Source of the DNA: Leptogorgia sarmentosa
Taxonomy: Eukaryota
Direction of reading: 5' to 3'
Length of the DNA: 64,000 bases
Assembly: GCA_964658305.1 (NCBI GenBank)
Contig: OZ210885.1
Location: 12,152,001-12,216,000 of the forward strand
Numbering within the stretch: position 1 is the stretch's first letter; every line of letters starts with the position of its first letter. Below the pieces are notes generated by a model. The model was not told the origin of the DNA. It saw only the letters and a list, made by a program, of their open reading frames with translations, and ran no database searches. A program made the position numbers and the translations under genes. Shown here piece by piece: positions 35,088-48,583 of this stretch.

Positions 35088-35431
35088 CAGGGGCGAAATT
35101 TAAGGGGGGGATAGGGGGGGTTAGTAACCCCCCCAATGCTTAACTTTGCAGGGCAAAGAGGGAGTTCGCAGGGCAAAACGAAATAAATATATATTCATTT
35201 GAAAAAAATTGACTATCAAGAGTTTTAAATAGCTATTAAAGTGTACATGAAACGTTTTTGTGCTTGTAAGCCTACTCGCGGAAAAGTTTTGCCCCCCGCT
35301 CGCCAACAATTTAGGAATATTACCTACGGTCCTGGTTATCTTGCAGGGTATTCGATTTTCTTGCAGGGCATTTTTGCCCATAACCCCCCCCCCCCCCCCC
35401 CCCCATTGAGAAGGTGCAAGTTTCGCCCCTG
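35088..35431. mobile_element. hAT-type MITE
   Basis: CAGGGGCGAAA / TTTCGCCCCTG; exact 8-bp TSD GATCCATT. Confidence 0.88.
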
Positions 35432-35620
35432 GATCCATTGGAAAAACTTACTTACTCTTGATAGTCTTGGACAAAGTTTTACCGATAGCAAAATCATTGA
35501 CGCAATAAAATAGAGATAGCGTCGGACAAATACTTGAAACTAAACGACATTTAAGGCTAGGCCAAAAGCTTGATTGTTTAAATTTTTTATTGAATAAAAT
35601 CATATTGTTGCAGAGATATA

Positions 35621-35856
35621 CTGGGTGTCCCCCAAAAAATTCCCGTCTATATAGAAATCACTCTGTTGTTAAATCTCGGGTTATTGCAACTCTGGAAATT
35701 TAAATTAGCTTCTGACGAACAGCAACACAAACACGTGATGTTATAAATACTTCTGTCGTTCATGAACCATTCAATTATATTCTCAAAGGCATAGCAACGC
35801 ACGTTTAACAACGGAAGAGCTGATTTCAATAGAGGGGACTTTTTTTGGACACCCTG
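35621..35856. mobile_element. Tc1/mariner-type MITE
   Basis: TA|CTGGGTGTCCCCCAAAAAA ... TTTTTTGGACACCCTG imperfect TIRs. Confidence 0.55.
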
Positions 35857-37188
35857 TGGAAATAAGTATTTTAAATCCATATATATGGAGCAATATCTAG
35901 ATATTGCCTGGGCCTGCTTTGTTTCCTGATACCTTTTAGGTCTTGAGCGAATTGTGAAGCCTTGAAAAATCAGCATGCTTATATAGAGGAAGCTACGAAT
36001 TAATCTAATCAAAGTATTGGATCGGACAGTTTTAGGTCGAGAACGTGGACGTCAAAAACGACGTTAAAATGGCGTGCTTTGTCCATCTATGGATATGCCA
36101 CGCCATTTTGACGTTCGCGTCCCGGATCTAAAACTGTCTATTAGTTAGTTCACGCGAGCTCGAGGCTCTTATGATGAGTGCGACCGATGCTCGAATCAAC
36201 GATCGGCTCACTAAGCACGCGTAATGTAATTGTTAATTTCAGTAGAATAAGAGATCAAACATAATTTTGCATGCAAGCACATTTTCCAAAGCCAAGACCT
36301 TGTTTAGACATCGTACTTTTCATTGTTGAGCTTCCATGTGCTGAATATGAATGTTAATGAGCTAAGTTTTTTTTATCTGGGCTCGTTTGGTTAGCTGTAC
36401 ATGAAAAGTTCGACGTGTGAACTGGGCATGTAAAAGCAAGAATATGAAAGAACTTAAACTAACTAAAATTAAAGTAATAAACCTAACAAAAATATGAAAA
36501 TAGAATAATGTGAAACTGAGAGCAACCAAGTTGAAGTAAACGACTGGGTCTATAAAAATGAAAAACAGAAATGGAATCTTTATTTTCCGAGTATAATGAA
36601 AGTATAGCATAAAAGATAGAACCAGGTATACGGGCAAATGTATACATGCAAATTTTCGACGAGCTATAATTGCTTGTTTTGACCAGCTATTACATGAAAG
36701 CTTTAGATCAACTATACGTGTATGTTTTTTATCAGTACGTATACTATACGTACACTTTTGATTAAGCGTATACTATAGTGCCGGACACCGGACAAATATT
36801 TGTTCGATAGTGCGAACGCCAATCGTAACAGACATTTAACGTATGGATTCGTTCCTGTTTGTTTCCCGTTTGAAAGCTACATTAACATGTGATATGAGGC
36901 CATAACTAATTTGTGTGAACAAGGTCTCGGAGCAATGCGCATGCTCAAGAAAATCCGTAGTTCGTCCAGCTAAGACAGAACGAATTAATTAATGCGCAAA
37001 ACACGGTGACGCTGCCCTAACAGTGAACGTGAAGAGTGTATTTTCCACACTTGTTTACTTTGCATATAAGTATAGTAGAAACAAAATACTTACAATCCCG
37101 GAATGAACGGCCTGACCGAGCTTCAGAAATTCACATCAAAACAAACATAGAAATGAAAATCTCGGCCACTGTAGGCCGTTAAACGTTG

Positions 37189-40100
37189 TTATTTCCCAGG
37201 ACGTTTTCGTGAACTCAGTGGTCGCCGCTCAAGTTTGTGAGCAAAACTCTCCCGGCAGATTGGACAGCGTGTGCTGTTGAAAAATAGAAAATACTGCAGT
37301 TAGTGTCTATGAAAGCTATCAACACATATCACTCAATCAATAATTAAGTCGGTCACCGGTTCTATGATCTTTAATCATGGCGTACAACCACGGGTCCCCC
37401 AAAAATTGAGTTGAATTTCAACATAGAAATTAAGTTGTGAACGTGGTCAACTTTTCCTTTTAGTTACGATTACGCTTAAAGTTTCCTATAACACAATTTT
37501 CAAACAGTGCGGAAAGACAAGGGCGAGTTGGAGTTAGATGTTTTTTTTACAAGTCCAATTTTCGCACGCGTATATTTTTGCTTCGTTTCATTCCCTCATT
37601 GTTTGAAAAGTATGTCATTCACCTTTATAAAAGATAAACTGTCTTCACGACTAAATTTGTGCGCAATAGCGTGTTGAAATTCGATTCGGGTTTCTTTCGA
37701 TACATCCGCGGTAGTTATCGGAATGAAGAATTATCGGCTACCCTCTGCTAGATCAAATTCTACTTAAATCTTCAAATAGAAGATACACTTACATTCCGCT
37801 GCGTATCATTTGTGTCGCACATTCTTTGTGCACTTTATGAGAACAAGGAAGAATTTGACATCCAGTGAAAGCATCCTGCACAAAAAAGCAGTTTATTGAT
37901 CAATAAAAATACGAGCATGCATGTGTATATTTAAAGACTCGACCAAGAACGGGATTACGCAAACGGACATCCACCAAAACAAGGTTTTCGAAATTTAGGG
38001 TTAGGTTTTAGGGGTTTTTAGGGTCATGGTTAGCTTTGGGATTAGGATTAGTTTTCTATTTAGGGGTAGGTTAGTTTTAGCAATAGTTGAGAGGCAATCG
38101 TGTTCTGTTGTGGACGATAAGACAAAATTTTGAAACACGAAAGAGTCCTGGGGCCGCTTGTATAAAAACGTAGTTAAAGTTAACTATAGTTAAGTGCGAA
38201 AATTGAGCAATCAGAAACGCGTATTTCAAAGTTAACTATCATTTAACTACGAAACGGATAGTTAAGAGTTTTATACAACCGGTCCCTGCTATACTTGCGA
38301 AGATTGGTTGTCGTGAATTGTGGAAAGTACGGTCAGCTGAAGCTTGCACATGTTGTATCTTTTTTGTATTACTGCCAGAAAAGCGTTACCACTTTTCAAA
38401 AAGTGCAACAAAAGGTTTTGTATCGAAAACGGAAGCTACAACATGTGATTCAGGTGTGGTGTATGTGGGATATTCAAGTCACAATGTCAGATATTCCCGT
38501 CAAGCTTGTTCAAAATTATACACTATTTTCTCCAAACTGGGATAATCAGTGCAAACACAACAGATTCGATACAAATTGTGATATTTTTACTTGTGTAGGT
38601 GGCGGGTAGGGGTGGGGGTTCAAACTAAACTGTTTTGCAAGGTCATATATAGTAAAACGTAATACAGGGCGTTTCCATAGTAGATTAATTACTTCCAAAA
38701 CTTCATACAACAAATGAAAATGACATAGTGAAACATATTTGAAAGTGAAACAGTACCTCTAAGCAAATGCAGCACTCGTCATGCGCGGAGCCTTCACGAC
38801 ACTTGTGGTTTCCACGAAGTTGGACATCCAAACAAACTCCACAGACATCACAATGAAACGAACGATCTCCATGAATTCTGATATAAAACAAATGTTGCAT
38901 TGCATTAATTTCTTCACCTATAAAAACTGCCCAACCAATTTCCCGCCAAAAACCTATTATTTCCCAACTTGTATCTGTTGTTCACTCAACGCTTGTTTTA
39001 CCTCCTAAGGTTGATTCATAAAGTGAATAGAATATGTGAAATTCAACTCATAGTTGGTTCAATTGAGTGGGACCTAGCAGTCAGATAGAAATCTATTTTT
39101 CGATTGAAACAACTTAATATCTCACACTTTATTCCCGATTCCTTATTTTTGTCAGAGCTATATAGTTCTCATAGAAGTTTCGAGTATTTGTAATTGCTTT
39201 CTATTACGACTCTCGTAAAACATACAGGCAGTGGTAGTCATGAAGCCCGAGAATATATCATAATGTATATTATGGTCGATTGACTAATTGGTGTACCTAA
39301 AGAGAGTGTGCTAATTATGTCGATTATGCTAATTAAAACATACCTGCAGATTCCGCACTTTTCACAATGATACGGATGATCATCGGTGCCAGTCAAATGT
39401 TTACACATTCCACAATAATACTGCGCAAATCTGGCACCACAATTGCAGCAATGTTCACCAAACTAAAAAAATTTCATAGATATTTCTTCATTCTCTATTA
39501 ATAATATTTATCATACTAAATTTGATTATTGCAAAATCTTCACTTCAGAAAATAAATACGCAAACGATTGTTAATCTCATACTCCTTGTCAGTTAGCACA
39601 AATAATCATTATTTTTGAGAACAAGTTCGGCGTCGCCTACAAATTTTATCTACGACATAAAATGTGGGTTACCTGTTGTACTTTGTTACAATATACACAC
39701 TTCAGCATCTTCGTGTCACGTGATTTCAGCTTCTTTCGACCGCACGTGCTTTGGTTGTTATGACAACGATGACAAGGCCAAAACTTGTCACAACAATCAA
39801 ATTTGACATAACAATGTCGTTTGTAATGACTGCATAACCAGTTGTCGTCTCGGTCTGGGTCCCGGTTGGGACTGTTGCTTCGTTCATTGTCTGGACGTTG
39901 GAACTTGGAAAGTTTTGAACCACCGTTACCGACTGCCCGAGTATTACGTACGCCATTTGCTGATGATAAAGTTGTCCTTGTTCCAACATTTCCAGACGTT
40001 GTTCTTCTCTCGTCTATATTTTTAAAGAAGGAGTTAGAGAAGCAATAAACAGAACGTAGCAGTTCATGGAAATATTAAAAAACAACGCAAAATGGACAGA

Positions 40101-43100
40101 GCTAGATTCCAGTATTGTGGACTTTCTTTCGACCCAGTTCGAGTCATTAATCATGTGAAAATGAAAGTAATACCCTTTCAATATAGCAACTTGATAGTAT
40201 TTAATATTTTTGTTTCACGCAATATCTTTGTTTAATCAAGGCAATTCAGATAAAGAAATCAAATAACGCTTGTGGACCTTACAAAGTGTTTGGTACACAT
40301 GAATCACGATTTATAGGGGGCCTAGGGGCTGATATTATTTTTAGATTTTTAGAATGAGATTAGGATCAGGATTGGGATCAGGTTGAGGATTTTGGTTGGG
40401 ATTTTAACACAAGAATGTGACAGGTATTTGTTTGGTAAATTCAAGTATTTAAGTGTTACGATTTTGGAAGGGATTACCTATCAGTTAAAGAACAACGCGA
40501 TTCGATTGGCGGGGTAAAACTTAATAAGACAAACAACAGTACATATATGCATATATGGTTAATAAAAATAATGCATATATGGTTAATTTTGGTTACAACT
40601 CGAAGTCGCCAAGACTCATCAAATTGTTTTTAGCGAAACTAAGTTTTAAAATCTATCAAAATATGAGAAACTACAGGTACACTTACTTGTAACTGGACCA
40701 TCCGCATTAACTGTTACCTCGGCCATTCTAACTGAATTAAATCCACCAGCTGGTTTACCGGGGTTTTGCTGCTCAGATGCCGAGGATTGGTTTCTCAGAG
40801 ACCTAACAGAACTGCGTGTTGAATTGGATGTATCTGAGAAGCTTGTCGAAGATTGCGGTTGAGTCGAAGGCAGGGAATTATGTACTCCACTGTTTACAGG
40901 TGCTCTGGACAGATTTCTGCTCGTGTTCATCGAAAATTGACCGCTGTTCATGGCATTTAGAAAACCTGGATTCCTCGTAATGGCTCTACGTCCATGGTTT
41001 TGTACCAGATTTGCAGCGTGCTTTTTAGATGCTTGACGTTGACGAAGTAGATCATAGTCACCAAGGAGAAATGCGTCTATAATATGCACAAGATCAAATC
41101 TGACAATGGATTCAAAGAAATCAGAGAGTTGATGTAAATCTGAAGCGTTGATGACTCCTTTTTCATCAAGTTGAAAGAGAATATCAGTGGCATTCCGTGG
41201 GTTATTGATTGAGAAATTCTGAGCCGTCCAGTCTTGTAATAGCATGACGTCCGAGGAGAGAAGGTTTTGTGCAAGGGATAGCAAAAGGAGCTTGTAATTG
41301 TTATACAAGGTTGTTGCAACTGATGTGGGTGGAATGTTCCTCAATGATATGGACTCTCTTCCAGAATCATCTTGCTGGACCGAAAATGACAAACCACGCT
41401 GGGATGCGGACGCCTGATCGCGGGTTCCCTCGACATTTCCTGATGGACTACTTCCCTCTCCGCCACTGGAGTTCTCTGTAGATTGGATACTTGCTGTATT
41501 TTGGACCGTTGCGGTTTGCTCGAAGCCGTTAACAGTATTGCTTTCCTGATTTCTTGCTTGGAACGTCCTTTCATTTTCGTCATTTCGGACATTCGCTACC
41601 CTGCCTGGTTCATGGTTGTTATCTGGCACCAAGGCCTCGGCTCCATTGACGAGGTGACCACGAGAGGAAGCTGCTTCATCGACAGATGATGAATTTAGTA
41701 CTGGAGGATTTCGACTTTTATTACTACTGATCGGAGGTCTTGACGAACCATTTGCAACAAGGTATCCTTGATCGCCGTTGTTGCCCAACTCATTCGATCT
41801 GGGCTTTCGAGAGTTGGACATGGCAGATCTTTTATCTTCCTGTGAGGGAGGTTGAAATATGTGACGGAAGTGCTCCGATTTTCTTTCTTCGTTTTCTTTA
41901 GCCGTCTTCTCAACTGTTACTTCGCCAAGCTCTGACAAGATCTCTTTGTTTATGGACTGCAATGCTGCCAGTTGCTTTCTAAGAGACAGGTTTTCATCCT
42001 CCAGTTCTGTTACTCTCGCGGAAATCATCCGAGTTGATGGCTGCGAGAAATAGAGCGAATTCCTTCCTTTCAACGCGTTTTCTTGCGACATCTTTTCATA
42101 CTTCATCTTTTTGTCGGGACAAGAATCTCCAATATGCCCAGGAATCCATTTTCCCTGACTTTCTTTTCCAATCTGCGGAACATTGATATCGTTGAATATC
42201 TTTCTTTCGGGCTTCTTTCCTTTTTTACATTGTTGACGATTAGAATCTTCTTCTAAACATGCAAAATCTTGCACTTTGGTTTTCGTCTTTGTTTTTAAGG
42301 AGCCTTGTACCAAATCATCTTCAGGTTTCTGTAAAGTACTTCCAGGATTGTGATCATAAGTTTGAGCAACGTCGTCGTGGTCAATGTTTCCACGCCAATT
42401 CTTGTTTTCCTTTTTCTTCTTGCTCTTGTAATTTGGTGATAGAGGAAGAGAATTACGGTTTGGTTGCGCATTCAAATCAAGATCCAAGTTTTGATTTTCA
42501 AAATCCTGAGATTCTTCATTTTCTTTACCGTTGAGCGAATGTGTCATTAGAAGTGAACGCGAAGCCTCTAAGAAACTGTCAATTTCGCCTGGTGTGAGAA
42601 GTTTTGTACATGAATATTTTCTGCGATCAAGTAACAGTTTCAACGGTCCAGCAGTTTCCTCGCTTGGACGTTCAAGATAGCTCTGAAATAAATCTAGCGA
42701 ATGTAATGTTTGTGCGAACACAGCTTTGGTGTCAAAAATAGAATTTAGTAATTCTTTAGTGAATTTTTCCTCGGCTACGTTTGGAGATTCGATATTGAAA
42801 GAAATTAAGTGGTTTGTATAATAATGCTCAACCACTTTATTTGTAAGACCGCCAAGGAATTTAAACATTTGCACAAGGTTTGTCGGTTCATTTGTAAGGC
42901 AAATTTTCTTGTGTGGATGTACGAGAGAGAATTCTGAAGTTAAATTATGGAAATCTAGAAAATATAAATATAGAATAGTTAATCTTGAATAATTAGCTCA
43001 AATTCGTGCGAAGAGGTTTTTCTAAAAATAGATTATGTAGAAAAAATAGATCCAGTTGCGTATTCGATCACGAATCAATGTCGCCAATTTTTTGTGCCTA

Positions 43101-45593
43101 AATCCGCTGGGTTGTCAGAGCAATAAATCAAGTATGGTCGAGCAATTCAATTATATGAAGAATCGAGAGTATTTTTTTAGCAACGTTTTATGACGACGCA
43201 GTCCTGATACTCCAAAATTAATTTTGCTCAGTATCAGCCTTCCGAGAAGGATGCTGGTCAATTTTTACTCCAAGTTTTCCATCTGCGCTTGGCCTAATTG
43301 TGGCTTATTGTCTATTACAATAATTTTGAGATTTTGGATAGCATAGTTTTATATTTATTTTGTATCGAACGTTTTTATATTTTGCATATAAAGTATTACT
43401 CGACTGTGATTGGTCGATTCAGTGCAGTTAATCCCAAATCACAGTGCAACTTTCTGTTACCACTTTGAACCAATCAAAGTAGAGCTCAAGCTACAGATTT
43501 CTTCAAAACAAAACAAACATGGCGGCCGCGCTAAACAAAGTAAAAATTGTGTGCGGGTCGAAAATATAGCTTTTATCGTTTTCTTATGACGGATAAAACT
43601 TTATCTCAAACAAGACTAACAAAAGTTACGTGTTTGGGTGAATTTTAAAACCGTAAACGCTGTAAAATGTGAAATAAACTAAGCAAGAAAACTCTGCCGG
43701 TGAAATTTCGCTTTGAAATTTCGCTAATAGGTAATATTACCAGGTAATAAGTATGGTTTCTCGTGCAATTTGGATAACATACACTCGTGAGTTTTCCAAA
43801 GACCTCAAATAGCACTCGTCCTTTGGACTCGTGCTACTTTGAGGTCTTTGGAAAACTCACTCGTGCATGTTAATTCCAAATTGCACTCGAAACCATACTA
43901 TTACTTATACTAATAAAAAAGGCAGTTATTTGCAAAATAATCATATTTGTTGGGATTCTTACACCGATCCCTTGCGAAGAATCTTTTCATCGTCACATCA
44001 TTTAGGTGATGAGCGGAAATTTTACTGCATTTGGATGTAATTATGCGCAACCAACATTGGCCTTAAATTTATTTAAAGATACAGTAAATAATGAGTTCGA
44101 ACACGTGAAAAAAAAATACCTTTGTCTCCAGTTGTAGACAGTTTTGACTGCTCAATGTCGCTTAATAATTTGTCAGTTTCTTCAACGTTTGCGGTAAGAT
44201 CTTCAATTTGTTTGCATTCTTTTAACTTTCTAATAAATGTTTCTTCTTTTGGGCTGAGAGGATGTTTCTTCAATTCATCAATATCTTGTGGAAAGACGAC
44301 TTTGAAATTGTGCCATTTGTCATCAGGGAGGATTTCAAAAGGATTCATGTGTGAAAGTTTCTTCCGTACTTTGAACCCTGGTCTACTGGTTATAAATATC
44401 TTAATCCATGCTGGTAATTGCGAAAACTGTTCTGATATCAACTCTAAAAACTCACTTCTGTCATCAGTCTTGCTCTCGTCCAAAGCATCAACAACGATCA
44501 ACATTGGTTTATCGTGTCTGTCCAGTTTAAAAAGTGGTTCGTTCAAAAGGACACGGAAAGCGTTTGATTGCAAGTCCCGAGAATGGTCAAAGCAAAGAAC
44601 TTCTGACAGTTTATCACGAAATCCTTCAACATTCTCGCACATTTGACTCGCAAGAGACTGTAGAATTATGTGAGGATTTCTGAAATCTGACTTTCTAAAA
44701 TCGCAGAAATGGCATGCGGCGAGTTGACCACGTTCTTTGTACAGCTCACAAATCCTTGCTGACAAAACACTTTTCCCAATGCCAGGGCCTGCAGTCACAA
44801 TCATAACCTTTGGATATTCTTTATCCATCCATCTTGAGATCTCATCAAGAAGCCATACTCTTGTACCTTCGTGAAACATTCCACTTAGATCTTTGATCTT
44901 TCCAGTAAAGTTAAACTTGGATAGTCGGTTGATTTGCGAGAAATTCGTCATTTGATTGGCTTTTCGTAACGCAGGAATTTCACTTCGAAGCTTTTTCTCA
45001 CCACTTTCAATATCATCCAGTTCTGACAAGATTTCATTCTCCAGTTCTTTCCATTCCTTCAATTTTTCAACATAACTTTCTTCCTCAGGACTGAGAGGAG
45101 CTTCTTTCAGTTCATCAATGTCTTGTTGAGGAATTCCTAGCTTCACCAAAGAATTTGAAATTTCTTGCCACAATGTTTCAAATGTAGTGTCGTCTAACTG
45201 AGCACTTGCTGTATGACCGTACACGTCGTTTCTAAAGATTTTGATTCTCGTAATATTCGCGGATATCGAAGTATCGCTAGTTGGAGGCATAACATCCCAC
45301 CCAGTCGCTGGTGGAGGCAATCCACAAATATTTCGTAGAAGAATTGTCAATAATGTTACATCAAAATGTTTTGAATCTGGTGTCCCCGAAGCAGGAAAGA
45401 GTAAGTTCCACTGCGAGACTTTAATTACACTGTATCTTATCTTCTTCAAGGCTGGTTTATTTGTATTCAATACCGTGGATAAAGTTGCAGGTGGATGTTT
45501 AACATGAAGAGCAGCTCTTAATGCTTCGCCTCCTTTGTCTACCAACAGACGAGAAATCCTTATAACATTAGCTTCTGCTTTTACAGGATTCAT
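37189..45593 (-). CDS. Predicted ~1496-aa HEPN - truncated NACHT - DED - CHY zinc finger - RING protein (exons 45593-44120, 42954-40687, 40013-39673, 39462-39344, 38877-38757, 37875-37793, 37273-37189)
   Basis: All six introns are GT-AG and phase-compatible (4491 nt). DZIP3-like HEPN (FDVTLL..LLRN, RNDVYGH); Walker A GPGIGKS and Walker B LIVVDALDE; DED with RFDL; CSHYKRHC..CCDKFWPCHRCH; CCICLE..PCSHKVHKEC..CPIC (RCHY1/Pirh2-like C-terminus). Confidence 0.75.
37996..38075 (+). repeat. Degenerate (TTAGGG)-like microsatellite in an intron
   Basis: TTAGGGTTAGGTTTTAGGGGTTTTTAGGG...GATTAGGATTAG. Confidence 0.5.
43365..43912. mobile_element. Intronic non-autonomous element with long terminal hairpin (Crypton-like)
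   Basis: Inverted arms 43750-43820 / 43828-43905 (GAGTTTTCCAAAGACCTCAAA...TTTGAGGTCTTTGGAAAACTC); fragment also at ~14835. Confidence 0.45.
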
Positions 45594-46620
45594 CTTTGAG
45601 ATCAACGCTAAATATGGAATTTTCCATGGGAAAAGAAGCATTAAAAACAGTAAGTAAGGGGTCCAAGGATAGTGCAAAGTTTCTACGAAGATATCGAGCT
45701 AAAGCTGATGTTACACTGGACGATTTTCGACAAAATTTCGCAATGCAATTAAGTTGTACGAGATTTGATTAGTGAAAGGTATTTAGATTATAGGTAAGTT
45801 TGCCATACACATAACTGAACAGTTAGCATGCTAAATTCACATCAATTAGCAATATATATTCATTTGGTACCCATTTTTAGTACTTAATATCATTGTAGTC
45901 AATTTCCTGTACGCTGATTGGCTAAAAAGCTTCAACAACTGTGAGAATTAAACATTAATTACACAGGTGTGTAATTAATTTTTCAAATACCACACTTCGA
46001 GCCCGCGATATGCGAGCGGTAAATTTAAAAACAAGTAAAACTACAGTAAAATTTTTGTTTCTCGTATAATTTTACGATGGATTTTCATTTGTTTGATATT
46101 GAAATTGCACTGAAATTGACTACAATGATATTAAAAGGAAATTACACTTGTTCTCGTGCTTCGCACTCACGGTATTTCGCCAAACACGCGTGCAATTTGG
46201 CAATGTCAAGTAGGGATAATGAAATAGGCATTTATACTTATCAGTATCTAAAATGATATATTTGATAATTAATAGAATCATAATATTAATGAAATGCAAA
46301 TCCTGGTATTTGATAAGCCCCTTTCTTTGCTATTTTCTATCTACATTTAGTATACACTCAACCATCGTCTATTACAAATGCTACATTCTGATTGGCTACT
46401 CAGCCGTTTGTCTATTCTGTGATAGACCACGGTTCGCGAAAAAGCAAAGGAAAACAATATGGCTACTGCAGAAAACTCGCGTTTTGCTGAGGTTTCTGAA
46501 GAATTTTCTTCATATAAACAATTCTGGGCATAGAGTGTATACTAAAACAATTAGACAACTCGGCCTCGTTGACTATTCGCTCATAGACAACTCTGCCTCG
46601 TTGTCTAATTGTTAAATATT

Positions 46621-48583
46621 CAGGGGCGCACATTAGGGGTGTGTGTGTGGGGGGGGGTTATGTTGTCGCTTCTTGTGATTGCTTTGCGAAATATGTGGCT
46701 TTCTAGTGACCAAGTTTACCCTTTGTATAAAACCACTTATATACAACATATTCTGTCTATATCGTGTTAAATTGCAATTGCGCACTTACTGAGATGTAGT
46801 ATGTGAAAATTGATTGCCTAAACTTTCGTATTTGAAGACTACACTTTATATTCTATCGGTACAAACATTCTAACATAACATGCTGCCGTTTTCAAACTGC
46901 ATGTTATTGCATATGATATTTGCTGGGATTTATATTGCGCAATGCAACCGCAATACTGCGAGAATAAATTTACAGAATCGCAACTTCTAATTCGACGAAA
47001 TAACACGCTGAGATTTATATTGCGCAGTACAACCGCAATACTACGAGATCAAGTTTACAGAATCGCAACTTCTACTTCGATGAAATAACACGCTGCCTTA
47101 TAAACACTTTGTAGAATTGCAATTGTGTATTTACTAGGACTTGGAAAGACAAAATTGTTTGCCCCAACGTTCGCATTTCAACACTACACTTCACATTTTA
47201 TTAGCAAAAACATTGCAACATCGCCTCCGCTCCTCCACGGCCGCCATCTTGTCGTTACGTAACAAACTTAAGGTTACACCACACTATGAAAAGTTGATTT
47301 TTTGACTTTTTATGTTTTTACACAGTTATATTATAGACATAAGTATCTATCATATTTCGCAAAATATTGAAATGCGACGGAGATATAGAGAAATGCTTTT
47401 TTTCTGACATAAAAAATTGCGCGCGAAAGTTTTAGACACATACTGTCATTCCGGCATAGCGCAAGGTGTTATCCATAATTTGAAGGTGTGAATTGGTACT
47501 GAGTTTGGGGCAATATACGATATTAGTTACAGCACTGCATATTTCTCAAACATTATTCGCGTGCTGAATAGCGACATGTCTAAAAGAAAGGGTGCGAAGT
47601 GTAGAAACGAGTCTCTCGTATAGCATTACATGTATTCTACCCAAATTTCAATGCCAAAACACCTTGTCAAAACTTAACAAGGTATACCAAACCGCGCGAT
47701 TGTGATACCGGAGGTGTTAATAAAGAGGGTGGAGAGGCTGATAAGACCCCGCGAAACATTAATCCGTCGTTTACAGCAATTGAAAATATTGCAAATTTCC
47801 TCTACAAAAAGTAAAATAAGTTGACAGCGTTTGAACGAATTTTCCCCAATTTTTTACAGGACATTAAACAATATCTGTGCAGCAAAAATGTGCTCGCGTT
47901 TTCGATTTAATGAAGTACTTTCTTATTTACAGGCATTTTCCTCAACCTCGTATTGTCAAAAACACTACATCGACTCTGATGTTCTATATCAAAGCAAGTA
48001 AAATGTCTGTCAACAAATGCGAACACATTTTTCTTCTTTCATCACTAAGGAATGGAAACACGGCATTTCCGAGGTTTTTGAATAAAACCGGCGCTACTTA
48101 ATTCTCGCGGCGCAAATAGTGTGTATATTTAGGAAAACCCTCAGTGCGGCTTTTTGTTAAAGCGTACTGATCTGCGGTAACGATTGTAGTTTCTCGAGAC
48201 ATTTATCAATATCTGTGCAAAATTTCAGACAAATTCGTCAAAACCTGAGCGTGCAATGGCAAATTTTCTCAAAGTACTGCTCCATGGTGTGATGTAACCT
48301 TAACTTAACAAGCGCGATAGCAATATGTAGATACAAAAATGCTTACAAAATTGCAATAGTCTATATTCCGAATCTTATTGATGTGTCTTTTTCTGATTGC
48401 ATGTACAAATTGGAGCAATCAAGGCTCCAATGCGTTTATCGCATTTAATCCTTTGTAGATTCTAGTCTTTAAACTAGCATTTTTTGAGAATATGATGGAG
48501 CGGGCATGTAGGATACTAAACCATGAAATGCAGTCCCCAAAAATTTGGCACCCCCCCAGAAATTTTTGGAATGTGCGCCCCTG
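46621..48583. mobile_element. Older hAT-type element containing a nested insertion
   Basis: CAGGGGCGCACATT / AATGTGCGCCCCTG; flanks TAAATATT/CATATATT (6/8). Confidence 0.55.
47272..48299. mobile_element. Kolobok-like non-autonomous element
   Basis: TTAA|GGTTACACCACACTATG ... CATGGTGTGATGTAACC|TTAA. Confidence 0.75.

Noticed and set aside
37996..38075. Possible interstitial telomere
   Set aside because: Too short and degenerate; more likely a microsatellite within a small repeat.
39726..39989. 87-aa ORF from the track
   Set aside because: Wrong frame; the real exon (CHY finger) is in another frame on the same strand.
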